Origin: Botryllus schlosseri
Lineage: Eukaryota
NCBI GenBank assembly: GCA_051294905.1
Contig: CM119377.1
Span: 4,898,001-4,962,000 of the forward strand
DNA: 64,000 nucleotides
Direction of reading: 5' to 3'
The notes beneath the pieces are model-generated. The model was not told where the DNA came from, made no database searches, and saw only the letters and a program-made list of their open reading frames with translations. A program made the position numbers and the translations under genes. Shown here one piece after another: positions 22,701 to 36,000 of the stretch; positions within the stretch are counted from its first letter, which is position 1, and every line of letters begins with the position of its first letter.

Positions 22701-25700
22701 GGCATCTGTGAAAAAATGGGCGCCATACCTATTCTCGAAGTCGCCGACTATGTGGGGAATGTATAATGAACAGTGAGTGTGTGACTCTGCTCGCATTGTT
22801 TTAAATCTACCTACTGGTGTTCGTTGTTGTTGCCAGGCAAGATATAACCTTTCGCAATGATAAGTTTGTTGATGAAGAGAGTGGCAGCACGGAGTTTGAT
22901 AATGGGGAACTGGTCAAGTACTTTGTTCACCATTTGTCGAAGTACATTTGGGACGAGGCGTTGCAGGTACGTAAACTGGATTTTGTGTTTAACCGTACTC
23001 TGATTAGGGATGGGAACATCGATTGAATTACTCAAATCTAATGTCGGCGGGCTGGATATTGGGAAATGAAGTACCTGACGGGCGGGATTCCTGAATCGAT
23101 ACATTAAACGCGTATTTATCCACCTATACAAGGATTAATCGTAGTTAATGGAAATTTCAAGTTTGAAGCATAGAGACCAAAACAGTGTTCAATGAATTTA
23201 CTGATGTGATGTATTTCAAGAGCTGTTGATGTCAATGAGACATCTGTGTTCTTTCAAAGTTGTGAACAGGTTCTTTTAACTCTGGCTGCATGTCGCGCGC
23301 AAAGAAAACAAGGAACTATAAAATAAGTAAAAATTACTATTATTTGTGTCTGTAAAAAAAGAATGAATAAACTACAATCACTATGATAATTTGCATAAAA
23401 TATTCATATTTATTCCCGAAGCTTTTCGGCTGACACTCGTCAGGGGAATATCGTCAGCAATAATGCGAGAATTCGAATAACTATGTTCAGCAACAATATA
23501 TATCGCTAATTATGACGTCACACAGAAAATATACAAAGTTTTCCACCGCTGGATAACAGCGATGGATTGCTGAAGTTATCTGATAATTTGACGTGGTGAG
23601 CAAGTAGTGGAGAATTGCAGCAGACTGTGGCCGCGCGTCGTTTGTTGCGCGCCCCTGGTATAATGTATTTTATGTAGTATATACGAACGAGGGGTTGATT
23701 TTTTTTCCAAATTCACCAAGATATCAATTCATTAGGGTGGAGAATTGCGGCAGACTGTAGCCGCGGGCCACATTATCATGTACGACCGTAAACTCTCTGC
23801 GGGTCGCTCAAAATCACGTCGCGGGCCGTATGTCGCCCGTCCCTGTCTTACGGTGATGTTAGAAACCGTGTCATTTTCTGTGTGGTCGCGTTAAAGGTAC
23901 ATATTTCCATATTATCCATACTCCTATGATGTCAATATCACTGATACCTGTACTCAATTTCGATCAGCCCTAATTTTGATGCCGCATTATTTCCAGAACT
24001 TTGTCAAAGTGGAAGGTTACGACGGTAACATGACTCTTGACGACGTCCATAAGTCGGCGGACAGTCCGATTTCGAAGGCTGACGCGGAAGCGATGTGCGA
24101 TCTGTTTGGTGAGAACGTTATTCATGTCAAGGTATGATTGATGACAATACAATTTGCGTCCTTATTTACTGGGTATGATTTATTGGCGATAATATTACTT
24201 CACGAAAATGATGCTTGCAGAATGCTAAAGTTTTATCAAGTCGAAGTAGGCCACACTTGCTTTAGTACCCAATTTGATTAAAGAAATAGACAGGGAAAGC
24301 AGCCTCGATATGTTTGTGCTTGTCGTGAACTCATTCTGAATTCAAACGAGGTAGATTGTTTAGTAAACTCTGTTGTTGATTGTATTGATTGTATGTTATT
24401 CGACACTGATTACCTCTGCAAGAAATCGTCTGCACAAAAATGTCAAACCTCGTGACTATCTGTTAGGATGATGCAATATTACGGCCCGTGAATCAGGATA
24501 GATAAGTCACGCGATCTGCTGTTATGAAACAATATTCATTGTTTCTATCGAGATGCATTCAGAGCTATGTCACTTTCGCTTGCTGTCATGTCGAATTTGT
24601 CCTTTATGGTTGTTCCCTGATTTACAGATTCCGTCCTACTTCAGCTTGCTGGTCGCCGAAGTGCTGAATCCTTTTTACGTTTTTCAATTGGCCGCCTGCT
24701 TGTTTTGGATGGCTGATGAATATTATGCCTATGCCACTGCGATTCTTGTCATATCGTTCATATCTGCTGTTGTCTCGCTCATAACCGTAAGTTGTTAATC
24801 TACGTTCCGGCATATTGATTGCAGTTTAGTTGCGGTAGATGTGTTGATTTTCGTTTTTCTTGTTACACGAAATTGCGATGATTTATGTGGCAATAGTGTA
24901 GCAATTATGCTTGGCATTGCGACTTGGTGAGGTGTAATGTACATGGTACAATCATCTCAAATTATTTGCAGATTCGCAAGGAAAGAGTAGCTCTCCATGA
25001 CATGGTGGAAAGACACAACACCGCCCGCATCTCTGTTGTAAGAGATATAAAAGCCCGACAAGATTTCAATGCACCCTCTAGCAGCAATGGAGGTGAGAAG
25101 GAATTATTGATGGGGATTGACTTTGGAATGGTTATAGAAACTTGATAAACTCGACTGTACTGCTTTTGGCCCAATTTGCGTTGAATTATTTGCCCAATTT
25201 CAAAACAGTAAAAAGTTGATGTTTTATTATTTGAGGTGCGGTAGCTGATTAAGATAATTGAATATTTACAAATCCTGATTCAACATTTATGGATTTCAAG
25301 AGACCGGTATTTTATTTCGTTAATCTCAAGCAATCTGTCCATTCAATTCAAACAATTTGATGAATGAGAGAGTAGGTCAAATGCATTGTTAAAGCAATTC
25401 CCAGAAAAGCTGAACTAAGGTTTCAGTCCAAACTTTTGTCTTGTCGATGATTTATATCTATCTGGGAATATTTCAAATGGCGTCGTCCAATTTTACACCC
25501 GCCATTGTCCATCTAGTTCCGACAGCCAAAGATTATGTGATGGAGGATATTTGGATCAAAGATCTGGTGCCCGGCGATGTCGTCGTCATTCCTTCGTCCG
25601 GCGTGCAGCTGTCTTTCGATGCGGCTTTGATTTCGGGTAAACTATTGTGGTTACCTTTTCGCCAACAATACAGACATTACAACATTTATTCATTTAAGGA

Positions 25701-28700
25701 TATGTTACTGGAGCAGTGTAACTGTTATAACACTGCTCTTTAGATGTCGTAGCTCAACGTTTAGAACACTGCTTTCGCATCTGTAGGCCTTGGTTCAAAT
25801 CGCACCGCCTGCTGTCACCCTAAATGCCATTTCAGTTCCATTCCAAAGCCTGGAAAAAACTGTAACACTGATCCCTGTAGCAGCCGGTTAGGGTGTTGGA
25901 AATGTAGTTTTTAACCTGGTGAACCGTTAAGCTAATCTTCAAGCCATCGCCGAACCCTACATTATGGCCTAGTCACAAAAACAAGAATCGGGAATAAATA
26001 TGAATATTTTATTCAAATGTGTTATGAAGTACTATAGAATGCTGGTTCACAAAATGAACTGTGCCTCAACAACAGCGTTAAAAGAACAAAACCATTATAA
26101 CATTATTTTCACACCACGCAAAAAGATTTTTATGAATATTACTGGAAAACATTGTGGCTTCTAATGTCCGAGTCGGCTGTGTGTCTTGACCGCCAGCAAA
26201 CCCCTGAGACTGGCTCAGCGAACGATCGTTAAGAACCGTGGAACATAGAAGACTACTTGTTTTTGCTGACGAGTCGGACTCCACGCCATGTCGTCGTATA
26301 TGACTCGCTTTGTTAGAGTTGCAATAAATTGCATTCGATTGCCCATTTGTTTCGTGAAGTATACCGACAAAGATAGCGTAATGGTGAAGCGTCCGGCTTC
26401 TTGATCGGTAAGTCGTGGGTTCGATCCCCGGCTGGGTCAGACCAAAGACCTGGTTAGTAACACTGGTATCCATCCCGCTTGGCGCTCATGCATTACTGGG
26501 ATAGAATGGAGGGGTGGTGCAAGACTTAGAAAGCGATGCAAAGCCGTATCTGTACCTTCCTTGTCCGGCGACATATGCACTCATGGTATGCATATGCACA
26601 GATCGTGTGTATGTATATCGTGAGTCGGTGTATATGCCGCAAAAACATCAAGGACAAAAATTAACTACGTCCTTTCCTATACTGTCCCGGGTGGAATTAA
26701 TTATTTGATAAACCATTTGTTCGATCGTTAGTTCAGCACGGCATTACGTTTGAGGCAATACTTCTGTTTGAATGGAAAATAACCTATGAGACAGCGGGGT
26801 GACTTTGATGCCTTCGCTCTTGCAGGGTCCTGTATTGTGAATGAGAGTATGCTAACAGGAGAAAGCGTCCCGGTAACAAAAACTCCTCTGCCTAGCGGCG
26901 AATCCGAGTTGGCACAGAATTTTAAAGTTGACGAGCAAAAAGCCCATATGTTATTCTGCGGTACCGAAGTCGTTCAAACAAGGTAATTAGAATTATTTAT
27001 GTGACCTGAAATCGTGGAGCCGGCCTGTTTATTGAACCCAATTACCGTGGACCGTGGAAATATGTAATGCTTCCTGTATTAAGATTTCGTGGCCCGTTTA
27101 ATTGCGAAATATGATCTCACAGTCATTGATTAGTTTGTGGTGCGTTGACGAAAAATCTTTTAGGCATTTCGTGTAGTTTACTGTTGTAAGGCTATTGTAA
27201 GTAGAACCAGACTGGCGACTGATATAAGGTTTTTGAGCCAACACCAATAAAATCCATAAATAGAACCTCCACCAACAATTCTGATATATTCAACAGACAT
27301 TCAGAAAACATACTACGTAGCATAAATCGCATTTCCAAAACTTTACAGCATTTATTTGGACTGCTTTACAGCAATTTCTAGGCCTGGACTTGAAATGGAC
27401 TAGCAAGACTGCGTCAGGACTCCTGTAAGCAGAGGTGGTCAGTGAAGAAGTATATCTACTCTTTCAGAGTACTCAAGTACTTGCACTGATTTCTTAAGTG
27501 GTTTTGAGTTTTGTAGGCAAACAAGGTCTCGAATATTAAGGCCTGCTTTTTTGTTTACTTGAAAATCCGTACATCCTGTTGTACTTGTGTAGGAATTTAC
27601 CAGGTTAATTCTATTTCTACTAGAGTATTAACGATGATTACTTTTGCGACCTCAGTCTATCAGCTATAAGATATAGGCCTATAGATAAACGACGACTGAT
27701 GTCTATTCTGGAAAGTTACCTTACATTTATTAGGCTGACAGTGTGTGTGTTTACTGTTTATAGATAGCGTACAGTCATCGTCGGATTTGATATCTCTTAT
27801 GTATCTTTACTTTGAACGCAGATTTTATCAAGATGAAGTTGTCAGGGCGGTGGTCGTCCGGACGGGGTATGGCACCGCTAAAGGTCAGCTCGTTCACAGT
27901 ATTTTATTTCCCAAGCCTGTGAACCTGGAGCTGTTACGCGACGCGTACAGATTCGTCGGTGTGATGTGTCTTATTTCGCTGGTCGGGTTCGCTTATTCCG
28001 CCTATACTTTGGTGAGTTGGCAGTATTTCATTTTGTGTCTGCGTAGGCAATATCTGCTGGTGTCGGGCCTATTTTAAATGCTGAGATTGAAATATGTATT
28101 GATGAAATCGTGACCATCCTTGATTGTGCGTCTACGCTCATCAGCCAGTTTACAAATTGGCAACTGCGCCCACTTTTACATGCCATTGAATAATAAATAA
28201 CTCATTGGAGCCTATTATGCGTCCAGAACTTATCTGGTCTCTCCTGTCCAATACAGCCAATGTGGCTTGATTTTGATGTTTTGAAACACCGATTGTTCTC
28301 AATAGGTGTGCCATCATTCACTGTTATACCTTCAGTGGCGTAGCAAGTTACTACAATGTCGTACCGCAGGCCTTCTGATTAATTGCTATTCCGGCCTTTC
28401 TCACTTCCTTCTACCTGGAGTTAGCATTTGTAGCATCTGTCCGCTGGAACTATTTCAGGATATCCGCCATCCATAAAGCGCAGTGCACAGTCGGAAAAAA
28501 TTATCACCCTCTCCAAATCAGATTAGAATTATATTACCAGCATTTCGCTTGAATTAGTCTATGGAGGGAGATACAGCGAGACCGTTTGTTCACAATGTTT
28601 TCCAGTATTAACCTCCTTACTCGGTATGGCACATAATTAGCGTATCATCAATTGTTATTAGACATACCCTTTATTTCCAGGTTCAGCATGGTGAAACAGC

Positions 28701-30039
28701 CCGGGACATCGCTTTTAAATCGATCGACGTGATTACCATCACAGTCCCGCCAGCGCTGCCTCTAGCGATGACCATCGGAATTATCTATGCACAAGATCGT
28801 CTCAAGAAAGCGTTCATCCGCACCATCAGCCCGCAAAGAATAAACATATGCGGTCAAGTGAGTTTCAAAGCGGAGATAATCAACGTGGTTGTTGATGATA
28901 GAGAACTAATACTGTAAACATCTACTCCGTTACGAGTGTAGGCGCCGAACCTGGGTGCGCCAGGAATAGCCTACCTTGCGTAACCCGTGATAATTATGGT
29001 CAGAGGTAGTCAGCATTGCTACTAAAGTAGAAGTTATTCCGTAAAGTAAAAGTAATTTTAGAAGTACATTTGGCCAATGATTCTCAGGTGATCTGCGTTG
29101 GCAACTTCTGAAATTGCAAGAAGTATCTTCTTTCGCGACCAATACAAAAATACAAATGACTAATGACGCGTTGCTACAAATAGGTACAATATTTGAAGAT
29201 ATAGCCAGTTTTAACGCAGAGCGACTGTTTGTTGTTGGTATAGTTGTGCAATCTGACTCCAGAAGGTTACTTGTAGCATTTGTTGCGTCCACGCCAGTGG
29301 ATTAGCTCGTTGGCTGACGTACCACGAAGCCTGTCTAGTACACGTATTCGAAGATCACATGGGCAACTCTTTGGTTTCTGTCTCCACGACTTGTAAATTT
29401 ATTGAATCAATGTACGCCGACGTAATAGCTTTTCAATCATGAAATCGAAATGAATAATGTATACTTTGTATTGCATACATATATATATTATAGCCACGAG
29501 AGATTATGCACGAGACATCATACCATTTATTTCTTATCTCTATTTCACACGATGACTAGGTATCACAAATATCTTATCGTGTTTTCACTTCAAGGAATTA
29601 AGTAATGTTTTACGGGACTCCCCATTGATCAAATATTAAAATGGCGCTAACAATCTATTCGGTTATACCAGTCACCATGATACAGGGCTATTTCATGCGG
29701 TTCCTATGACAATTCCACTCGTTAAATTATGCAAACAGGTACGATATTTGAAGATATAGTCTTTATGCGGTTCTTATGACAATTTCACTCGTAAAATGAT
29801 GCAAATGAGTGCAATATTTGAAGATATAGTCAGTTAACACGATACAGGGGCTCAATCCCCGGCCGGGTCAGACCGTAGACACAAAAAACTGGTATCAGCG
29901 GCTATCTCGTTTGGCGCTCGGCATCTACGGATAGCATGGAGGAGAAAAATACGGTGGTGCAGACTAGATGACCTTACTTAAAGGTCGTATCGCATCTCCA
30001 TCGTCAAAGCATCTCAATGGTGCAGGCCAAAATAAATCT

Positions 30040-30075
<36 letters not shown>

Positions 30076-33000
30076 GACAAATTCACTCGTAAAATGATGC
30101 AAAGTTATCTGAACTACTCACTAGTAAGTAATTTTGCCTTGAGGGGCTGTTCAAGTAGAAGTGGAATTGGTGTAAAAACGCAACCACTGAAATAAGTACT
30201 GCAAGCAGGCAAAACATACTCGAGTACTCTGACAAAGTATAAATACTCCATTACTGACCGCCTCTGATTCTGGGTGTGTGGCATATCTACAGTTTCTTTG
30301 TACGTGTATCAACACAGCCAATTGTATTAGCGCAAGCTTGCTAGACAATTGTCCACCTTGAAATTTACATGATTGCTCTGTATGTCGCATAAGACACCAA
30401 TTGAGCAAATTGATGACCCATTAGATGTACAGTTGTAAATCAGCAATCACTTAATTAGGCAAAGCTTCTCAAAGATTGTATTTAAGTTGTAGGTAAGGGC
30501 TTCAAGCTGTCTTCTCTTGTTCACAATACTTCTCGAGTGATTTTCGTGATGGCATTTTTGTTGTAGCGAGAAATTGGACGGTCTTTAATTGAGTATGCCT
30601 TCCTGAGCATAATCGTTACTCCAATAATGCTTTGCGAACATTAATCAGGAAATGCAACAACGCATCCTTTAAAACGCTATTATAATCAATTAACCAATTG
30701 TGTTGGCGTATGAACGAATTTCTGATTACATCCGCTAATTTCATTCACAAAAATGATGTTACTCTGTCCAAACGCTACTTTTCTTGAAACTGCTCGAGTG
30801 GAAGTGTGCATCGTGGGGATTTTTGTTTCATGGCTAAGCAAAAATTTGGGATTCCTTCGAATGCTTGCAGATGAACGTAAGGGTTTCCCAAGTCGTTAAA
30901 GGTTGATAACCACTGACGTAGATTGACAGCTCACAGCATACTGTTATCATTCGTGTTATTTGATAGTCACTGTTATCCTTCTCGAATTCAGGTCGACGTT
31001 GTCGCCTTCGACAAGACCGGCACCCTTACGGAAGAAGGTCTGGACCTGTCCCACGTCCTCCCAGTGTCTTCGGCCAAATTCGACTCGCCCTTGAAACCGG
31101 ACCGGCTGAAAATGCAGGATAAAAAATCAGACCTCCTTCGATGCATGGCGACCTGCCACTCGTTGACGGTGATCGACGGGGAAACGTCCGGGGATCCTTT
31201 GGACCTGAAAATGTTCGAGGCTACTGGATTCGAACTCGTTGAGCCAAAGGTTTGGACGCTTATTTTGTGCGTTATGTCCACAGGCTTCCCACATAGAAAA
31301 CATTACGACTTCTGTGTGTAAATCGCGAAGTACCCCTGTACTTTTCTGTGATCGAAAATAATAACCTAACGGTATCATTTCCAGACTCTCTTACATCGAG
31401 GCTGGGGATTCCGGCATAACAATTGATCAAACATTTTAATCTCTCCGCCCCAAACCTTGAATCTAATGAAATATGGGTGTAATGCTTTCGAAAACTGCAT
31501 CCGTTGTAGTACAATTTATTGGAGATAAGCTGAGGTTCAAGATAAAGCCAATTTGGCTAGTATGAATGTAGAAATACATACTGCCAGGCCAAGGCAATCC
31601 CTGGTAGCAATTCAGGTTGTACCAGAGTGCTGCCATGGGTGTACTTGATATTAGTATTCTTGTCACTACGCTGGTGCCTTGTGATAGGAGACTCGTGGGA
31701 ATTGTTGCTAGTTCAACAAGTATCATGCAATGAATATAGTTCCGAAGGCATCGTTATAAGGTTCGCATCACCAAACATTGCTTACAGTAAAGCCTCGGTA
31801 ACATGCCGGTGCAACTGTGCATTCTGTCACATAAGCTGCTCAATACTAGGCCATTAAGCCACATTGGACAGGAGCATTTTTTTAAATTTCAGTATAGAAT
31901 TTGAATTTTTTCTTTCGGCACACACCTCCATGCAGACCTCGACGACTAACCCATGATAAGAAGACAAAGATTTTGCATTCATGCTTTCCGGTTTTCGTAG
32001 GTGGATGAAACCACCAATTACGATCAACTGCAAACGACTTACGTACGACCTGCTGCTTCCTATGACGAGACAAATCCCGGTTTGGAGGTGAGCCTATTAT
32101 CTTTTCTTGCACCTTTATTAATGTACAATTTTATTGTAACACTTGTAGTGTTGGCCTATCTTTATGACATTTGTACTCAAACGGGGCATAATGCCCTGTA
32201 ATGCATAAAGTGCAATTTGTATCTGGAACATGGCAACGTGCCAAATCATGTCACCAGGCTGAAGTTGTCAAGAGGATGTAGAAATAATGTCCGTAAATTT
32301 GTACTCAAATACATATAGAATTCACAATTTCCAAGACTATTGAATAGTATATTCATATCGAAATAAACCCCAATATTTTCGGCTGGCACTCGTCAGGGGT
32401 CATCGTCAGCCTGACGAGTGTCAGCCCAAAATATTCGGGTTCATTTCAATATGAATATACTATTCAATTGTATATTGAGGTTCTGTGCCTCCAAGAAGCT
32501 CTTCAAATTTCCAAGATATGTGAAAACTGCATCAAGCTGAAGTAAAAGTTGAAGTGTCTGAAAATTATGCAAGAAAGCAGTGTCACAAAGTAGATTTGGT
32601 CGCATACTTTTAGCAGTCCGTCGTAGTTTGGTACTTTCGAGATTGCAAGATGCATGTTTGCTGCTAGCGCGACATGACTGATGGTGCTTCCAAGAGGTGG
32701 AATCTTCGAAAATATATTCAGTTACTGTGACACCAGAGCTATTTCGCGGGGTTCTTATGACGATTTCATTCGTAGAAGTGATGATAACTTATCTCAAAAC
32801 GACTTACTACCTTTAAAAGTTCAAATTGAAAATAAAATAACTGGTTTTGCCTGATATATTCTTTGTTATTGACCAACTCTTACTTCAGGACGCCGCGAAT
32901 TCCGGGACCGATTACGAAGTCGGTATAATCCGACAATTTCCTTTTCTGTCGTCATTGCAACGCGCGAGCGTTATCGCGAAACCGCTCCAGTCCGGTCACA

Positions 33001-36000
33001 GCGATATGAGCGTTTACGTGAAAGGGGCGCCGGAAACCATCGCCAGGCTTTGTCTGCCGGATACCGTCCCGTGCGATTTTAAGGATGTTTTGAAGGTGAG
33101 AGGGCGGCCGCGGGTAATGGGTAGCCTTTAATTGTGAAAATTCAGGCAGAAATTTTTGTTATGGCGATTGCGGTGCCTGGTATAATGCCAGTGGCATTCA
33201 AAGAAGCTTATTTCACAGTAAGTTAAAAAGAAAGAGTCCTAGATACAGTTTTTGCCCAAAACTGAAAACTGTTCAAGTAGAAGTAATGGTGGAGCGCCCG
33301 TCTTCTTGATCGGTGGGTCGTGGGTTCGATCCCCGGCCGGGTCGGACCAAAGACCTGATTAGTAACGCTGGTATCAATGACTTCCCCGCTTGGCGCTCAG
33401 CATTACCGGGATAACATGGAGAGGTGGTGCAACACTCAGAAAGCCTTGCAAGGCTATGTCTGCACCTTCCTTGTCCAGCGGCATATGCAAATCATGCTCT
33501 CATGGTATGCATATGCACCGATCGTGTGTATGTATGTTGGGATCAAGTCACTACCTTCGAGTCACGAGTCATTTCGAGTCATTGCACATTTTGACTCGAG
33601 TCAAGTCAAGTCAATCGATTTTCGAAGGTGACTCGAGTCAAGTCAAGTCACTCGAAATTTGGAGGTGACTCGAGTCAAGTCAAGTCACAATTCAAGTCAA
33701 GTTGCCTTTTCAAAGTATGAGGCATGATTACATCATTGCATTTGCTAGCTGTCTGAATACAGATTGAGTGGTCATTGATTCTTGACTTGAAATTAACTCG
33801 TAGATTTTGCTCCGAGTCACGAGTCAATCCACATTTCTGACACGCCGAGTCAAGTCAAGTAATACGAAAAAGGTGACTCGAGTCATCCCAACACTGGTAT
33901 GTATATCGCGAGTCAGTGTATATGCCGCAAAATATATCAAGGACAAAAATAAACAGCGTCCTATTCCTATTCAGTTAACCTGATCCGTAGGCTATTTCGA
34001 CCTGTCTGTATTGTAATCGCATTCATAAAAGTAATGCAAAGTGTAGTTTTTTGTAAAGTAAAAGTGGAAGTTGTCAGAAAACGTAGCCACCTGAGTAAGT
34101 AGCGCAAGTAGTACTACATATAATCCAAAAAAGTCGAATTCTAAACATGGCATGTTCCCGCCTCTTCCAGGCTCACACGAAAGAAGGCTACAGGGTGATC
34201 GCCCTGTCGTTCAAGAACGTCGAACTGAAATGGTTGAAAGCGCAGAAGATCGAACGCGACCTAGTCGAGAAAGACCTCGCCTTTCTCGGATTTCTGATAC
34301 TCCAAAACAAATTGAAGCCGACATCTGCGGGTGGGTGCCGGTGCGATGTCAATTTCGACGGGTCAACAGTCGGATTCTGTCCAAACCCCGTAATGCGGGG
34401 AACCGTGTCTTTCTTACTGGCCGGATTGGAGTCCGAACCGTTTTCGTAGCTATGCATTTCGTTAATGATCTATTGATATCTTAACGATTTGGATGTAGGC
34501 AAGGCAGAGGCCGTCAGCAATAAATTATAAAAGTGGTCAGTAACAAAAATGATAAAATAGCTAGTTTTGCATATATATCTGCACCTGCCAATTGCACGCC
34601 ATACACTCATCGTGCACGTACGTACAGGTCGTGTGTATTGGGGGTGTTCAAAAATGACTTTTTTTCTCAAATTGTAATGGCTACTTGATAAAATTGTTAA
34701 ATTACCTAATTTAGGCCTACAGAGCAAATTCGGTTCAATTCCAGCCAGTAGCCGCATTGCTAAGGAGAAGAAAGTTTCTATTTATTATCTAAAAATAAAT
34801 CAAAAAAAATTTGAAAATTTTTTGTTCATCCCATGAAAGTGTTGGGTTGTCTACAGAAACGGTGCTCACCAAATTTGGTTCAATTCCAACCAGTGGAAGC
34901 GGAGTTATTGCCGTCGAAAAATTTGGATTATCAATAAAATAGTATTTACGGTGACCAACTCTTTAATTATTATTTATTATAAGTGTGCCCACCGTAAATA
35001 CTATTTTATTCAAATCCAAATTTTTTGACGGCAATAAGTCCGCTTCCACTGGCTGGAATTGAACCAAACTTGGTGTGTAGGCTAATGTTAGGTTACCGCA
35101 CTATTTTATCAAGTAGCCAGTATAATTTGAGAGAAAAAGTCATTTTTGAACACCCATAGTGTGTATGTATATCTATATCTTTGAGTCGGTGTATATGCCA
35201 CAAAAACATGTAATGTCGACCAAATCTACTGCATGAAGCTTCTTACTCGAATACTTACAGTTCTTCATTTTTTACTTCTACTTGTTATTGAGTGTAATTC
35301 TACTGGAGTAGCAACACCTTGACCACCTCTGAGGCACGGACACATTTCTCACTCATCTGGCTTGTCAATGTTAAAGGCTGAGATCGCTTTGCATGATTTT
35401 TATCGCAAAGATCGGAAAGTGAAAGTGATTGGGTCATTTTTATGCGCACTCGTTTAGGGGCGATACTATAATTGATTGCGCCAGATCGTAGCACTGAGGT
35501 CGAATTATATATTCAGGGGTCATCCGAGAACTGGACAACGCGACGATACGCACAGTGATGGTCACCGGCGACAATCTGGAGACCGCGATATGCGTGGGTC
35601 GCGAATGCAGAATCTTGAAGCCCGGGAAAGTGCTGCTAGGCGTGACCTCTGACCTTTCGGGGACGTACCCGGTGTTGCGCTGGCGCCGGGTCGAGGAGGA
35701 GAGGAGCCCGAAAAAGTGAGATTTTCCGCCGTGCTAATAGCCTTCCAAGCATTAACAAGAGCTGGCGGTATGGTGCTGTAAATTAGGTAGCTCACTATGT
35801 CGTGTTGGAGATGAAGAATTTTTGTACTTGATGCAAAAAAGTCAAGTCTGTGCCAACAGGAGTTTTGTGTAGCATCTAAAACTAATACATTGAGCGTAAG
35901 CGATCTATTTGCCCCGATTATTCGAAATTTAGTGTCGGTGACGTCATATATTTGCTGATACGGTTGTTGATATACAATGTTCCTTCCTATTTCTCTACTA

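Noticed and set aside
27430-35331. Giant composite transposon capturing ATPase exons 11-16 between CAGAGG termini
   Set aside because: Flanks cctgtaag and aggcacgg do not match; the right end pairs with 34505 through a 7/8 TSD.
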